From contig CP181291.1 in the NCBI GenBank assembly GCA_052279835.1, positions 4,992,001 to 5,056,000 on the forward strand: a stretch of DNA of 64,000 nt, written 5' to 3'. Positions within the stretch are counted from its first letter, which is position 1. Each line of letters starts with the position of its first letter. A model generated the notes under the pieces. It made no database searches. It worked only from the letters and a program-made list of their open reading frames with translations, and was not told where the DNA came from. Of this stretch, positions 41,001 through 51,332 are shown in pieces. A program made the translations under genes and the position numbers. The DNA comes from Microcoleus sp. GTDB taxonomy: Bacteria > Cyanobacteriota > Cyanobacteriia > Cyanobacteriales > Microcoleaceae.

Positions 41001-41090
41001 GAAGTAGGAGCGAAAGGCCAGGGAGTGGCCGTCAACTAGGATGAAGGTGGGTGTTTTATTGGCGGACACTGGCACTGAGGGCGATCGCAC
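38067..41090 (-). CDS. polA: DNA polymerase I
   Basis: 5'-3' exonuclease (LVDGHSLAFRS, YEADD), 3'-5' exonuclease (WDTETT, NAKFD), polymerase motifs (ADYSQIELR, KTINFG, LQVHDE). Confidence 0.99.
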   Translation of the reverse strand: MRSPSVPVSANKTPTFILVDGHSLAFRSYFAFAKSRDGGLRTSTGIPTSVCFGFLKSLLEVMAAIAPEYMAIAFDTATPTFRHEADETYKAGRAETPEDFIPDLQNLQELLGYLNLPAITAPGYEADDVLGTLANKASTSGYDVKILTGDRDLFQLVDTAKKISVLYLSTDELRRSGKGKSQEYGPEQVQEKLGILPQQVIDYKALCGDKSDNIPGVKGIGDKTAIQLLTTYNSLDGIYAAIDEIKGATKKKLEEGKAAAYHSQHMATIVQDVPLEVELKNCQLKGFDEAALIPMLEKLEFKTFLSKVKQIQQRFGGVEEKEEAISNNQEAVSSNSGTENLPVTVNTNDSVTENLPVALENSEAEDLGFWSYADTQAAQQANKLPIKPRIIQNIEQLNELVKLLETCTDKTTPVAWDTETTALEPRDAELVGIGCCWGTGEQDLAYIPTGHKTGKNLDKTTVLNTLRPILESENYPKALQNAKFDRLIFRCQGIKLTGVIFDTMLASYVLNPETSHSLSELSRKYLGIVAKSYKELVPKHKTIADISIPEVANYCGMDVYTTFQLVDKLRAELDEADRHAPSKKSLHRLLLDVEQPLEPILAEMEHRGIRINSAYLQELSQQLEQRLAQLEENTYQAAGRKFNLASPKQLSEILLEKIPEEFQKKSRKTKTGYSTDAAVLDKLQGDHPIVDDLLEHRTLSKLKSTYVDALPQLVRADTGRVHTDFNQTATGTGRLSSSNPNLQNIPIRTEFSRQIRKAFLPESGWLMVSADYSQIELRILAHLSQEPVLIEAYQNNRDVHTVTAQLLFEKEDVTPDERRFGKTINFGVIYGMGAIKFGKSMGKSSADGKKFIERFNQRYSQVFEYLEKVKKEAIALGYVSTILGRRRYLNFDRLSDLKGINPEDIHPDRLKSLSRDDAQSLRAAANAPIQGSSADIIKLAMIEVNQVLQNYQARLLLQVHDELIFEVPPQEWEELQPKIKDAMENALPLSVPLIVDIHAGQNWMETK

Positions 41091-41270
41091 GAAAGTATTT
41101 TCTCATTGTAGCGAGTTGTCGCCCCATCGTTCCTCAAGGACGAATCGATTTATTCCGAGTCAGTAATTCTCACGTTCCACATCCCCAATCTAAAATTTAT
41201 TGGCTGTGCAGTTTGCCTGAGAATAGTGGAAGATTTGAAGTACGATCGCACTTTTTCCAGATCGAAGTTT

Positions 41271-42548
41271 ATGGCTGACATTGACCAATACTATGCAATC
41301 CTAGAAATTGAGCCTGGAGCTTCCTTAGAAGAAGTTAAGCAAGCTTACAGAGATTTGGCCTTTGTGTGGCATCCCGATCGCTTTGCCCACAACGATCGGC
41401 TGCAACAAAAAGCTCAACAAAGATTAGCAGACATTAATCAAGCTTACGAGCAATTGGTGTCGTTTCTGAGTCAGCCGGAATTAAAGGCGATCGAACCTGC
41501 GTTTGAGACAGCAACAACCCCTGCACCTGTACGTGAAAAACTCAACAGAAGGGGCTTTATCAAGCCAAAAACTAGGGCTAATTTCAAAAAAAGTCAAAAT
41601 TCTCCAAAAGCTACCTCGAAAGGCCACAAAGGATTTAAAGCTGAAAACCGTCAAAGGTTTCCAGGGCGGCGTGGCAATCTCCACACTCCCAGCCATGCCC
41701 AGGCTACCTCGAACCGGAAACAACAATTTTCGATTCAATATTCAAAGTCGCGAAACTTTGCTACTTCCAGGCGACAATCTCCCAAATATTCTGGCTTTCC
41801 TTGGTGGCCGCTGGCGATCGCCTTTGCCAGTTATGCTTTGACTAGCTGGATTTTGACGAAATCTGCCGTCCCGCTATGGATGTGGACTTTAATCTGTGGT
41901 GCTGATGGGCTGTGGGCGGTGATTTTGGTGGCGGAGGGCTCGGTGACAGCGAGAGTTTGGTTGGCGGCTTTTGTTTTAGCTGGGGCGGTGGGGGGGTCGA
42001 TCGCAGGTTTTCAGGCGGGAGGCGCGATCACAGGGATGGTTTGGGCTCTGGTTGGGGCTGGCTTGGGGGCGATCGCGACTTCTGAGGCTGAGTCTAGGGC
42101 TGTAGCTGGTGTGTTGGCTGTGGCGGGAGTCGCGACAGTGACGGGATTGATGGCTGGAAGTGCTTCTGGGGATTGGATCAGGACGATGGCGGGGGGTATC
42201 TGTTGGGGGGTTGTGGGCTTGCTGTGTGGGCTGATGGGGGAAGTATCTGTTAATTCTGACAGCCCTAGGGGGCTTGTAGGTTTAATTGGCTTGGGAGTTG
42301 GGGCGATGGCGGGTGCGGTGGCGTTGACTGGTGCCGAGAATCTGGGTTTAGCTTTGGTAATGGCGGGTTCTAAGGCTGTCTATGGGGCTTGGGTGGCGAT
42401 CGGGATTATTGCTGGAGTTGTGGCGAGGATGGTGGCCGCTGAAAGGTCGATCGTCTCCGGGAATGGCTTTTACACCTCTATTCTGTTAGTGGCTACTTCT
42501 GGTTTTGGACTGTGGTTAGGAAACTGGTTAGCCGATCGATTTTTTTGA
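41271..42548 (+). CDS. DnaJ-domain protein with Gly/Ala-rich multi-TM C-terminus
   Basis: YYAILEI...AYRDLAFVWHPDRF J-domain with HPD; basic linker; hydrophobic C-terminal half. Confidence 0.88.
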   Translation: MADIDQYYAILEIEPGASLEEVKQAYRDLAFVWHPDRFAHNDRLQQKAQQRLADINQAYEQLVSFLSQPELKAIEPAFETATTPAPVREKLNRRGFIKPKTRANFKKSQNSPKATSKGHKGFKAENRQRFPGRRGNLHTPSHAQATSNRKQQFSIQYSKSRNFATSRRQSPKYSGFPWWPLAIAFASYALTSWILTKSAVPLWMWTLICGADGLWAVILVAEGSVTARVWLAAFVLAGAVGGSIAGFQAGGAITGMVWALVGAGLGAIATSEAESRAVAGVLAVAGVATVTGLMAGSASGDWIRTMAGGICWGVVGLLCGLMGEVSVNSDSPRGLVGLIGLGVGAMAGAVALTGAENLGLALVMAGSKAVYGAWVAIGIIAGVVARMVAAERSIVSGNGFYTSILLVATSGFGLWLGNWLADRFF

Positions 42549-42588
42549 AGTCCTGCCTTAGTCTAGACTGAACCCCTAAAAATAAAAT

Positions 42589-44253
42589 TTATTTTAAATG
42601 CCAGTGTTTACCACTTTTCAACAGCGCTTCAAACTCATCCTGGGGCAAAGCCTTGCTGAAAAAATAGCCTTGAATTTCGTCACAATCGTGAGTACACAAA
42701 AAAGCAAGTTCCTGTTCATCTTCTACCCCCTCAGCCACCACCGTCATATTCATCGAGTGTGCCATTTGAATAATCGCGATCGTAATCGCTGCATTCTGAC
42801 GATCCTCTGTAATATTCCGAATAAAACTCTTATCTATTTTCAGAACATCAAAGGGAAACCGCTTGGAATAACTTAAGGAAGCATATCCCGTCCCAAAATC
42901 GTCAATTGCCACCCTAATTCCCATTTGTTTCCACACACTAAAAGCTTGGGCTACTGCCGTTTCATCTTGCAACACCAGACTTTCCGTCAATTCTAATTCC
43001 AGATATTTAGGATCGAGACCAGTTTTGGTTAATATTTGACTGACTCTTTGCGTCAGATTTTTTTGATCGAATTGGCGGGCTGACACGTTGACTGCTACTC
43101 TTAGCGGACCCAAACCCTGGGCTTGCCAAGCTTGAGTTTGCCTACAAGCCGTCTCTAATACCCATTCCCCTAAAGGCGCAATCAAGCCCATTTCTTCCGC
43201 CATGGGAATGAATTCTCCAGGGGAAACCCGTCCCATTTCTGGATGGTTCCAACGCACTAAAGCTTCTGCACCCACTATTTTTCCACTCTTTATTTCTACT
43301 TTCGGCTCATAGTAAACTTCAAATTCAGACCGTTTTAAAGCATTACGCAGACTAATTTCTTGAGCTAGTTTATTAATAGAATGAGCTGCAATATTTCGCG
43401 CATGAAATTGATAATTATTTCCACCTTTTTCCTGAGCATAGTACATAGCTGTATAAGCATTTTTTAGCAAAGTCTCTGCATCCCTACCATCGGCGGGATA
43501 CAAAGAAATACCCATACTAGCCGTGACGTAAACTTCGCTGCTTTCTACAATGATGGCTTGGGCGACAATTTCCAAAATGCTTTGAACAATCTTGACCGCA
43601 TCCTGTTTATCTTTAACAGGTTCGAGAACCAACGCAAATTCGGCTGCTTCCAAACGAGCCGCCAGATTAATTTTGTTTGTACAGTTATTCAGCCGCTGAG
43701 CAATACTGCAAATTACTAAATCACCAATATGGTGTCCCAAGGTACTATTAATCCGGTTAATTCTATCTAAGCTGAGAGTGACAACCGGAATGAATTCTGA
43801 CAATTCTGTTTGTTCGTTTAATAGCTGACTTAGCTTTTCTCGAAGCAAGGAACGATTGGGTAGATTTGTCAAGCTATCATAGTGATGTCGGTGGAGGGCT
43901 ATTTGAATAGTTGTGTGCAAGTTTTTTTCTTCAAATGGTTTGACGATGTAACCAAAAGGTTTAGTATAATTGACTCGTCGCAACGTATTTTCATCGGCAT
44001 AAGCTGTGAGGTAAATCACTGGGATTTGGAAGCGGGATCTAATTTTTTCTGCCGCTGTTATCCCGTCTATTTTTCCTTGTAAATTCACATCCATCAGCAC
44101 TAAATCGGGTCGCACTTCTGATGCGGCTATAATGGCTTCTTCCCCAGAATAGACAATGGCAGTTACTTGATATCCCAGACTTGTTAAACTGTCGAAAAGG
44201 TCTTCAGCAATGATGCTTTCATCTTCGACTATCAGTATTTTGTTATTTGACAT
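42589..44253 (-). CDS. Response regulator REC + degenerate GGDEF + EAL (probable c-di-GMP phosphodiesterase)
   Basis: ILIVEDE...LMDV...KPF receiver; ARLEAAEF in place of GGDEF; GAEALVRW, ELTES, DDFGTGY and AEGVE intact. Confidence 0.92.
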   Translation of the reverse strand: MSNNKILIVEDESIIAEDLFDSLTSLGYQVTAIVYSGEEAIIAASEVRPDLVLMDVNLQGKIDGITAAEKIRSRFQIPVIYLTAYADENTLRRVNYTKPFGYIVKPFEEKNLHTTIQIALHRHHYDSLTNLPNRSLLREKLSQLLNEQTELSEFIPVVTLSLDRINRINSTLGHHIGDLVICSIAQRLNNCTNKINLAARLEAAEFALVLEPVKDKQDAVKIVQSILEIVAQAIIVESSEVYVTASMGISLYPADGRDAETLLKNAYTAMYYAQEKGGNNYQFHARNIAAHSINKLAQEISLRNALKRSEFEVYYEPKVEIKSGKIVGAEALVRWNHPEMGRVSPGEFIPMAEEMGLIAPLGEWVLETACRQTQAWQAQGLGPLRVAVNVSARQFDQKNLTQRVSQILTKTGLDPKYLELELTESLVLQDETAVAQAFSVWKQMGIRVAIDDFGTGYASLSYSKRFPFDVLKIDKSFIRNITEDRQNAAITIAIIQMAHSMNMTVVAEGVEDEQELAFLCTHDCDEIQGYFFSKALPQDEFEALLKSGKHWHLK

Positions 44254-46625
44254 TAGGTTTGCTCTCCTGGTGCATTTCTGGTTGTGAAAATGTTATTTTA
44301 AAAACTGTTCCGGCAGTTTTTAAAAGTTCTATATTCCCGCGAATTTGTTTAACCAAAGATACTACTAAACGCAAGCCCAATGTGCGAGAATTTTTATAGT
44401 CTAAGTCTTTGGGTAAACCAATGCCGCTGTCGCTAACAACTAGCACGCAAACCCTGGCATCATCGAAACTGAAATCTATTTTAATTGTACCTTGATGTTG
44501 CTCTGGAAAAGCATACTTTAGGGAATTGGTCACAAATTCGTTGATAATTAGTCCGCAAGGAACGGCGGTGTCAATATTTAGAAAACATGGTGCAATATTT
44601 GTTTGTAATTTAATTCCTTTGGCATTGATTTCATAGGCTTGGAATAAATTTTTGGCTAAGTTGTGGATATAATCAGCAAAGTCAATCTTTGATAAGTCTT
44701 TGGATTGATACAATTGTTCGTGAACCAGGGCCATTGACCTGACCCGGTTTTGGCTTTCTTTGAGCATTTCAGTAACGTGGCTATCTTGAATATAGCGAGA
44801 CTGAAGTTTGAGCAAACTGGAAATAACTTGTAGGTTGTTTTTGACGCGGTGATGAATTTCTTGGAGTAGCACTTCTTTTTCGGCGAGGGAAGCTTTGATT
44901 TGATCTTCATCTCGCTTGCGGTCCGTAATGTCGCGCACTACTGCTTGTAAGAATTTTTCTCCATTAATTTCCATGCTGTTTAACAGCACTTCTGCGGGAA
45001 ATTCTGAACCGTCGAGTCGTTTGTGAACCCAGTCAAATCGACAGCTTCCTGTTTCCATGGCTGTGGCTATTTTTTGTTCGGAGAGAGTCTTTGAATCTTC
45101 TCCATTAGGCTGAAATGGTGGAGATAATTCCATGGGGTGTTTACCAGAAAACTCTTCTTTTTTGCTATAGCCAAACATTTTTAAGGTAGCGAAGTTGCAG
45201 TCAAAAAACATCTCTTCATTTAGCAACATTACTGCGTCGCTGGTGGCTTCATAAAGGCTCCTAAATTTGTGTTCAGATTCTTGCAATGAAGCAATTAATT
45301 TGGTTTTTTGAGCTTCGGCGCGTTTGCGATCGGTAATGTCGATTCCTACAGATACTGCTGCGGTTCCTTGATGATATTTTTGAGCTACTATTAAATAGTT
45401 GCGCAGGGAGCCGTTAATTTCTATTTCTATTTCTTGGGATGTTTCCCGATCTGAACTTTCAAAAAATTGCCGCAGTAGTTGTCCAAAGTTAGACCCTCGT
45501 TCGAGAAACCCTATTTCTTCACCAACAAAGCTTTCTGGAGAACGTTTGAAAGAAGTTGCTAAGTGCTGGTTGACTCCTATATACCGCAAATCTGAATCGA
45601 TCCAAGAAATTAATCCCGGTACGGCATTTAAAACTGCCCAAAGTTGGTCGGTTGTTTTTTCTAGAGCTTCTTCCGATCGCTTGCGATCGCTAATATCTGT
45701 CGCCGTACCAGTTAGTCCTAAAATAGTGCCGTTTTCGGCTTGGTTAACGATGCTGTTTACCCGCAGGTGAACGGGAGTGCCGTCTTTGCGAAGATGTACT
45801 GTTTCGTAAGCATAGTTAGGTGCTGGGGGCTGAAGGCTGGTGTTATCTAAAAGTTGTTCAAATATTTGTATTTGTAAGGGTTTGTGTTCGGGAAGCAAAA
45901 ATTCGGTGAAACTGCGCCCGATCATTTCTGGTGGTTCATAACCGTAGATGCGTTCCGCGGCGGCATTGACAAAGGTTAACAAGCCTTGAATATCGACGGA
46001 CCAAATTAATTCTTGGGAGGTTTGGACGAGATTGCGGTACTTTTTTTCGCTTTCGTAAAGTGCTGCATGAAAGTTTTTTGTTTGCTGCTGAAGCTGGCGT
46101 TGTAATTCTTGATTTGCTCTTTGCAATGCCGCTGGCGATCGCGATCCATCCCCTATTTCCGTAGAAACACCGACGGCACCGACAACTTCGCCCTGGGAAT
46201 TGTATACAGGCGTCGATCGAATTTCGTATATTAAATCCCCCTGTTGGGCATTCCAATAGCGTGAGTTTCCCGCCAATACCCAAGTCATATTTTCATAGAT
46301 ATCTGGATGGTGATTGTAAACTTCAAAAATCGAGGTTCTGGTGAGTTTCTTCTGGCGAAAAACCCAAATTTTCTCGTCCTTTGCCGAAGGCAAACGTTAA
46401 TTTGCCGTTTTTGTCTGTCGCCCATAGCAGAATCGGAGCAACACCTATCGCTCTTTGCCAAGTCTCGTTAGCTGTTTTGAGGCGATGGATTTCCCCTTGA
46501 AGTTGCTCGCGGGTGTTGTTTAATTCTGCTGTTAGCTGCTCTACTATGAGCTGCAAGTTAGTCGTAGTGTCTGGCGTTTGCGCCCTCGCACAGGAGCAAT
46601 AGCTTGATTGGTTAGACGGTGACAT
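44243..46625 (-). pseudogene. Multi-PAS sensor histidine kinase (HisKA_2 type), split by a single-base frameshift near 46346-46348
   Basis: ORF 46323-46625 and ORF 44243-46393 join into one PAS domain (GFSPEE-LTRTSIFEVY) if one A is removed. EIHHRVKNNLQ H-box. Could be a sequencing error. Confidence 0.75.
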
Positions 46626-46961
46626 AGTTTCTCCCAGATGCACTCTGATTTTTAGACCAGCCTATTTTTTAAGCATAAACTTTTCCTGTCAACTCTTACC
46701 GTTAACTGGGATACTCATTTTGCAAATCAGGGATATTTTGAAGCTTGTTTAAACAAATTAGGAGTTGCCTGTCCTTGCGCTGTTTCGATCCCAATCGATC
46801 GACAACAGGCTAATTCATTACTGCTAATCAGTATTTTTACGTCTATTATGGGTAGACTTACCAAAATCAATTCCGTAATCTTCACCTTTTGTCTATCCCG
46901 GAATTGTAAAGTTATGATTAATGTGCGTAAATATACTGAATATAGTCCTTAGTTATTGGTT

Positions 46962-47190
46962 ATATCAATTCCGGTTACACCGGAATGATGTTGACTGTTC
47001 ACTGTTGACTGTTCACTGTTGATTGCGTCGCCCTGCCCTTCGACTCCGCTCAGGAACCGCGGAGTCGAAGGGTTGACGGTTTGAACAATTCCGATGCTAC
47101 CGGAAACGATTTTATTGGTTATTAGTTATTAGTTATGGGCGGTGCTACTCGCGTAGCGTCGCCCTGCCCTTCGACTGTCAACTGTCAACC
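46962..47190. repeat. MITE-like/composite repeat tract
   Basis: ATATCAATTCCGGTTACACCGGAATGAT and an inverted similar arm at about 47085-47112 bracket (TGTTGAC/TGTTCAC)n and a CCCTTCGACTCCGC hairpin. A similar arm occurs at about 31845-31872. Confidence 0.65.
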
Positions 47191-47198
47191 ATTTTTCC

Positions 47199-47576
47199 CT
47201 ACAAATCAGCAGCGTGCTGTTTCAATTCATCTAAAGAAACGTATTCCAAAGTTAAGGCGTGAGTCGCTGACAAAACCACCTTGGGTGCAACTCCAGCATC
47301 CATCGCTTCCTTCCAGCGTGATGCACATAAACACCAGCAATCCCCTGGTTTCAAACCGGGAAAATTAAATGCGGGGACTGGAGTTATCAAATCATTTCCC
47401 CTCGACTTGCTGAATTGCAAAAAATCTGCTGTCAATTGAGCACAAACTGTGTGAGCCCCATAGTCGCCACCACCTGTATTGCATTTGCCATCCCGATAAT
47501 ATCCCGTCATGGGCGACGTGCAGCAAGTTTCTAATTTTCCACCCAACACATTTGTAGCTTCTGTCACAATTGCCAC
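47199..47576 (-). CDS. DUF2237 family protein
   Basis: NVLGGKLETCCTSPMTGYYRDGKC, GNDLITP and LKPGDCWCLCASRW motifs. Confidence 0.93.
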   Translation of the reverse strand: MAIVTEATNVLGGKLETCCTSPMTGYYRDGKCNTGGGDYGAHTVCAQLTADFLQFSKSRGNDLITPVPAFNFPGLKPGDCWCLCASRWKEAMDAGVAPKVVLSATHALTLEYVSLDELKQHAADL

Positions 47577-47631
47577 TCCTTGATAAAATATTCTCTCTAA
47601 ATTATACCTCTGAGTTTGAGCGATAAAAATG

Positions 47632-48093
47632 TTAGAGATTTTTGATCATGGCAAAGTTGATGAATTTTTGCCCTCTCCGTGCTACCTCTTGTTGTTTAAT
47701 TACCACAAATTTTTGGTTTTCAAAGAAAGGTTTGGCTGTAATACTGGCTTCGGTAAATATTGTTTTTAGTCCTAATTCCTTGGCTTTGGCTTCAATCTGT
47801 TCTAATATTTTTGTGCCTACTCCTTTCCTTTGAAAGTCCTTGTGGCAGTAAAAGCGATCGATATGACCGTTGATTTCTAGTTCTCCAAAACCTGCAATTA
47901 TGTCACCTTCTGTCGCTACAAAGGTAAATTTATTGCTTAAACTTTTGACCCAATTTTCCCGGTCGATGTCAACAGGAGCCCAAGCATCTACTTGTGCTTT
48001 TGTGTAATCTTGGATATTTACTTGGTGTACTGTTTCATAAAACAGTTTGATAATTTGTTCGGTATCCCCTATTTCGTAGTTTCTGACTTTCAT
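47632..48093 (-). CDS. GNAT acetyltransferase (YafP-like)
   Basis: DYTKAQVDAWA, GHIDRFYCHKDFQRKGVG and EASITAKPFF motifs. Start at MKVRNY. Confidence 0.9.
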   Translation of the reverse strand: MKVRNYEIGDTEQIIKLFYETVHQVNIQDYTKAQVDAWAPVDIDRENWVKSLSNKFTFVATEGDIIAGFGELEINGHIDRFYCHKDFQRKGVGTKILEQIEAKAKELGLKTIFTEASITAKPFFENQKFVVIKQQEVARRGQKFINFAMIKNL

Positions 48094-48183
48094 AGCTGGT
48101 TTCCAGAGGGTGCAAAAATGCGATCGATACAGTTGGATTAATTTCTGCCACTTCCATTGACTCAAATAATTTTACTGTACCTC

Positions 48184-48307
48184 TTGACAAAATCTACTGC
48201 TTTGTGCAAGATTAATTATAACAAATGTTCGATATACCAAAACCTAACTCAACAGCTAAACCCTAGCTAAAGTCTAGGTTATACTATATCGGATGTTCGA
48301 TATAGTA
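48184..48307 (+). promoter_or_regulatory. Putative promoter with two TetR operator-like sites
   Basis: TTGACA at 48184, then 17 nt, then CAAGAT. Perfect IR TACTATATCG-GATGTT-CGATATAGTA at 48282-48307 and a degenerate copy TATAACAAATGTTCGATATA at 48217-48236. Confidence 0.65.
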
Positions 48308-48379
48308 ATATGTTTCGATCGATTTTAAATTTTAGATAACCTAGGATCTAGAATCCACCATGTCAGATCGATCGACCTT

Positions 48380-48961
48380 ATGCCAAAGATAGTTGACCAC
48401 GAACTCTACCGCAAACAACTGTTGAACCAATGCTTTGAGATCTTTGCAGAAAAAGGCTATTCCTCAGTAACAATGCGTGAAATAGCCTCAGAAATTGGAG
48501 TTTCTACAGGCACGCTTTACCACTATTTCCCCAGTAAAGAAAGCCTGTTCGACCAATTAATTGAATACTTGAGCTATGAAGATACAAAAGAAGAAGCGCT
48601 AGCGGAATTAGGAAATCCACCAACCCTAGGTGAAAAGATTGAAAAATTAATGGAATATGTCTGTAAAAGTGAGGATTATATTGTCAAAAGTTTGTCAATT
48701 ACCTTTGATTTTTGTCATCACAAAACTCGGCAAGAGGTTGAGAGTAATCAGGCACTTCAGGAAGCAGGAAAGCGCTATGAAGAAGCCGTAGGCTGCTACT
48801 TAGGCATCTCCAATCCACAAATCCCGATATTTATCATCAACTATGTTGATGGTTTGTTGGGAAGAAGATTTTATCAAGGTGAAAGGATTTCTTTCACAGA
48901 ACAAGCGAATTTATTAAAAGAGCTGTTGGTTGCTTATCTAGAAAAAAAACAAGACGAATAG
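48380..48961 (+). CDS. TetR/AcrR family transcriptional regulator
   Basis: FAEKGYSSVTMREIASEIGVSTGTLYHYFPSKE helix-turn-helix. Confidence 0.95.
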   Translation: MPKIVDHELYRKQLLNQCFEIFAEKGYSSVTMREIASEIGVSTGTLYHYFPSKESLFDQLIEYLSYEDTKEEALAELGNPPTLGEKIEKLMEYVCKSEDYIVKSLSITFDFCHHKTRQEVESNQALQEAGKRYEEAVGCYLGISNPQIPIFIINYVDGLLGRRFYQGERISFTEQANLLKELLVAYLEKKQDE

Positions 48962-48970
48962 AGGAGATAT

Positions 48971-50479
48971 ATGAACTTTCAAGATTACATCAAACCTCAC
49001 AATCGATTGGTAACGGGATTAGTAATTGCTGGCGCTTTAATTAGCGTGGGTACTGCTTTTTACGGAATTTCTCAGTCGGGAATTATCAGTGAAAGTGCTG
49101 AACCTTTGCCTGTGGAAACAACTCCTCCAGCTAGGAAAATAACCGCTTTAGGAAGATTGGAACCCCAAGGAGAAGTGATTCGGTTGGGAGTATCGCAAAA
49201 TCTCAATGGCGATCGCATTTCGCAGATTTTAGTCAAAGAAGGCGATCGGGTGAAAGCTGGGCAGTTAATCGCAATTATGGATGCAGGCGATCGGCTAAAA
49301 TCTGCCTTAGACGAAGCCAAAGAAAAAGTAAAAGTTGCCCAAGCAAATTTAGCAAAAGTCAAAGCCGGTGCAAAATCAGGAGAAATTGCAGCACAATCAG
49401 CCACAATTGGCAAGCTAACAGCAGAATTGCAAGGGAATCAAACAGCACAAGAAGCAACAGTCGATCGCCTCCTCGCCCAATGGGAAGGAGACAGAAGCGC
49501 CCAGCAAGCGACAATTAACAGAATCACCGCCCAGTGGGAAGGAGAAAAGAAAGCTCAAACAGCAACAATTAGCCGCATAAATGCACAGTGGAAAGGAGAA
49601 AAACAAGCACAAATAGCAGCAATTAACAAGTTGCAAGCAGAGTTAAATAATGCACAATCTGAATACGTGCGCAATCAACAACTTGTTGTCGAAGGTGCAA
49701 TTTCTAAATCCGTAATGGATACCAAAAAGCTAGCAGTAGAAACCAACAGCCAGCAAGTTAAAGAAGCTCAAGCAAATCTCACCAGGATTAATAGTACAGC
49801 AACAGAGCAACTTGAAGAAGCCCAAGCAAATCTCGATCGAATCAACAATACAGCCAAACAGCAACTGAAGGAAGCCCAAGCCAATCTTTCGAGAATTAAT
49901 AATACAGCAAAACAGCAGCTAAATGAAGCCCAAGCAAATCTCAAACGCATCAAAGGAAGTGGTAGCCAACAACTAGAAGAAGCGAAAGCCACTCTCGAAA
50001 AAATAGCCGAAGTACGCCCGGTGGACATAGAAGCAGCCGAAACAGAAATCAATAGTGCGATCGCCCAAGTGAATCGCGCCCAAGCGGAATTAAATCAAGC
50101 TTATATCCGCACCCCAACTCCCGGAAAAATCCTCAAAATTCATACTCGCCCAGGCGAAAAAATTAGCGACGAAGGCATTGCCGATGTAGGAAAAACTGAG
50201 CAAATGGTAGTCGTAGCCGAAGTTTATCAAACCGATATTAGCAAAATCAAGGTTGGACAAAAAGCAACTGTCACCAGCCAAGCATTTCCCGGAGAATTGC
50301 CAGGAGTTGTTCAAGAGATTGGATTGAAAGTCAGCAAACAAAATGTGTTTAGCAACCAACCGGGAGAAAACTTGGACAGCCGAGTAGTGGAAGTAAAACT
50401 TCACTTGAATTCAGAAGGTAGCAAACAAGTTGAAGGGTTGACAAACTTGCAGGTAATGGTAGCAATTCAGAAAGACTAA
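48971..50479 (+). CDS. devB: DevB-family ABC exporter membrane fusion protein with expanded alpha-hairpin
   Basis: [33 protein letters not shown] and LDSRVVEVK motifs; internal 18-aa repeats. Confidence 0.9.
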   Translation: MNFQDYIKPHNRLVTGLVIAGALISVGTAFYGISQSGIISESAEPLPVETTPPARKITALGRLEPQGEVIRLGVSQNLNGDRISQILVKEGDRVKAGQLIAIMDAGDRLKSALDEAKEKVKVAQANLAKVKAGAKSGEIAAQSATIGKLTAELQGNQTAQEATVDRLLAQWEGDRSAQQATINRITAQWEGEKKAQTATISRINAQWKGEKQAQIAAINKLQAELNNAQSEYVRNQQLVVEGAISKSVMDTKKLAVETNSQQVKEAQANLTRINSTATEQLEEAQANLDRINNTAKQQLKEAQANLSRINNTAKQQLNEAQANLKRIKGSGSQQLEEAKATLEKIAEVRPVDIEAAETEINSAIAQVNRAQAELNQAYIRTPTPGKILKIHTRPGEKISDEGIADVGKTEQMVVVAEVYQTDISKIKVGQKATVTSQAFPGELPGVVQEIGLKVSKQNVFSNQPGENLDSRVVEVKLHLNSEGSKQVEGLTNLQVMVAIQKD

Positions 50480-50513
50480 AGTCCCGAATCCGAACCTTGA
50501 AGGATGGAAAGTT

Positions 50514-51146
50514 ATGGCAGAATTTGGTCCAGATCCAAACCTACCTTATCCCATGATAGACCAGTGGCGCGTAGGTTTCATCAAAAACTTTGTGAAATCG
50601 CCTAATATTATTGTCGGTGATTACTCCTACTATGACGATCCGAATGGTCCGGAAAACTTCGAGAAAAATGTACTTTACAACTACGGAAATGACAGATTAA
50701 TTATTGGTAAATTTTGTGCGATCGCCACCAATGTCAAATTCATCATGAACGGTGCAAACCACAAACTAGACGGCATTTCAACCTATCCTTTTCCTGTTTT
50801 TGGTAATGGTTGGGAAACAGCCATGAATTTATTAATGGAATTGCCAAATAAAGGAGATATTGTGATTGGTAATGATGTGTGGATTGGTTACGAAGCAGTG
50901 ATTATGCCAGGAGTCAAAATCGGTGATGGTGTGGTGATTGCAGCGAAATCTGTGGTGGTAAAAGATGTTCCGGCTTACACCATTGTCGGTGGAAATCCCG
51001 CAGGTATAATCAAAGAGCGTTTCAGCGATGCTGAAGTTGCACAATTATTAGAAATTCGGTGGTGGGATTGGCAAATTGACAAGATTACGCGCCATATTAA
51101 CTTGATTATGAACAGTGATATTCAAGCACTGATAGATGCGGAATAA
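50514..51146 (+). CDS. Vat/CatB-family (xenobiotic) O-acetyltransferase
   Basis: [41 protein letters not shown] and IRWWDW hexapeptide XAT signature. Confidence 0.92.
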   Translation: MAEFGPDPNLPYPMIDQWRVGFIKNFVKSPNIIVGDYSYYDDPNGPENFEKNVLYNYGNDRLIIGKFCAIATNVKFIMNGANHKLDGISTYPFPVFGNGWETAMNLLMELPNKGDIVIGNDVWIGYEAVIMPGVKIGDGVVIAAKSVVVKDVPAYTIVGGNPAGIIKERFSDAEVAQLLEIRWWDWQIDKITRHINLIMNSDIQALIDAE

Positions 51147-51167
51147 AAGGGAGCATCCCGATTTTGC

Positions 51168-51330
51168 ATAGGCGAAGCATGACCGCTGTAAATCTCTGGT
51201 TATCACTAATAAATTATCTGCGGTCATGCTTCGCCCCTACGAATTACAAATAACTAATAACCAATAACCAATAACCAATAACCAATAACCAATAACCAAT
51301 TCTCCATTCCCCATTCCCCATTCCCAAATT
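51168..51330. repeat. REP-like inverted repeat and STRR heptamers inside the operon
   Basis: GGCGAAGCATGACCGC...GCGGTCATGCTTCGCC, then (TAACCAA)n and (TTCCCCA)n. Confidence 0.8.
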
Positions 51331-51332
51331 AT

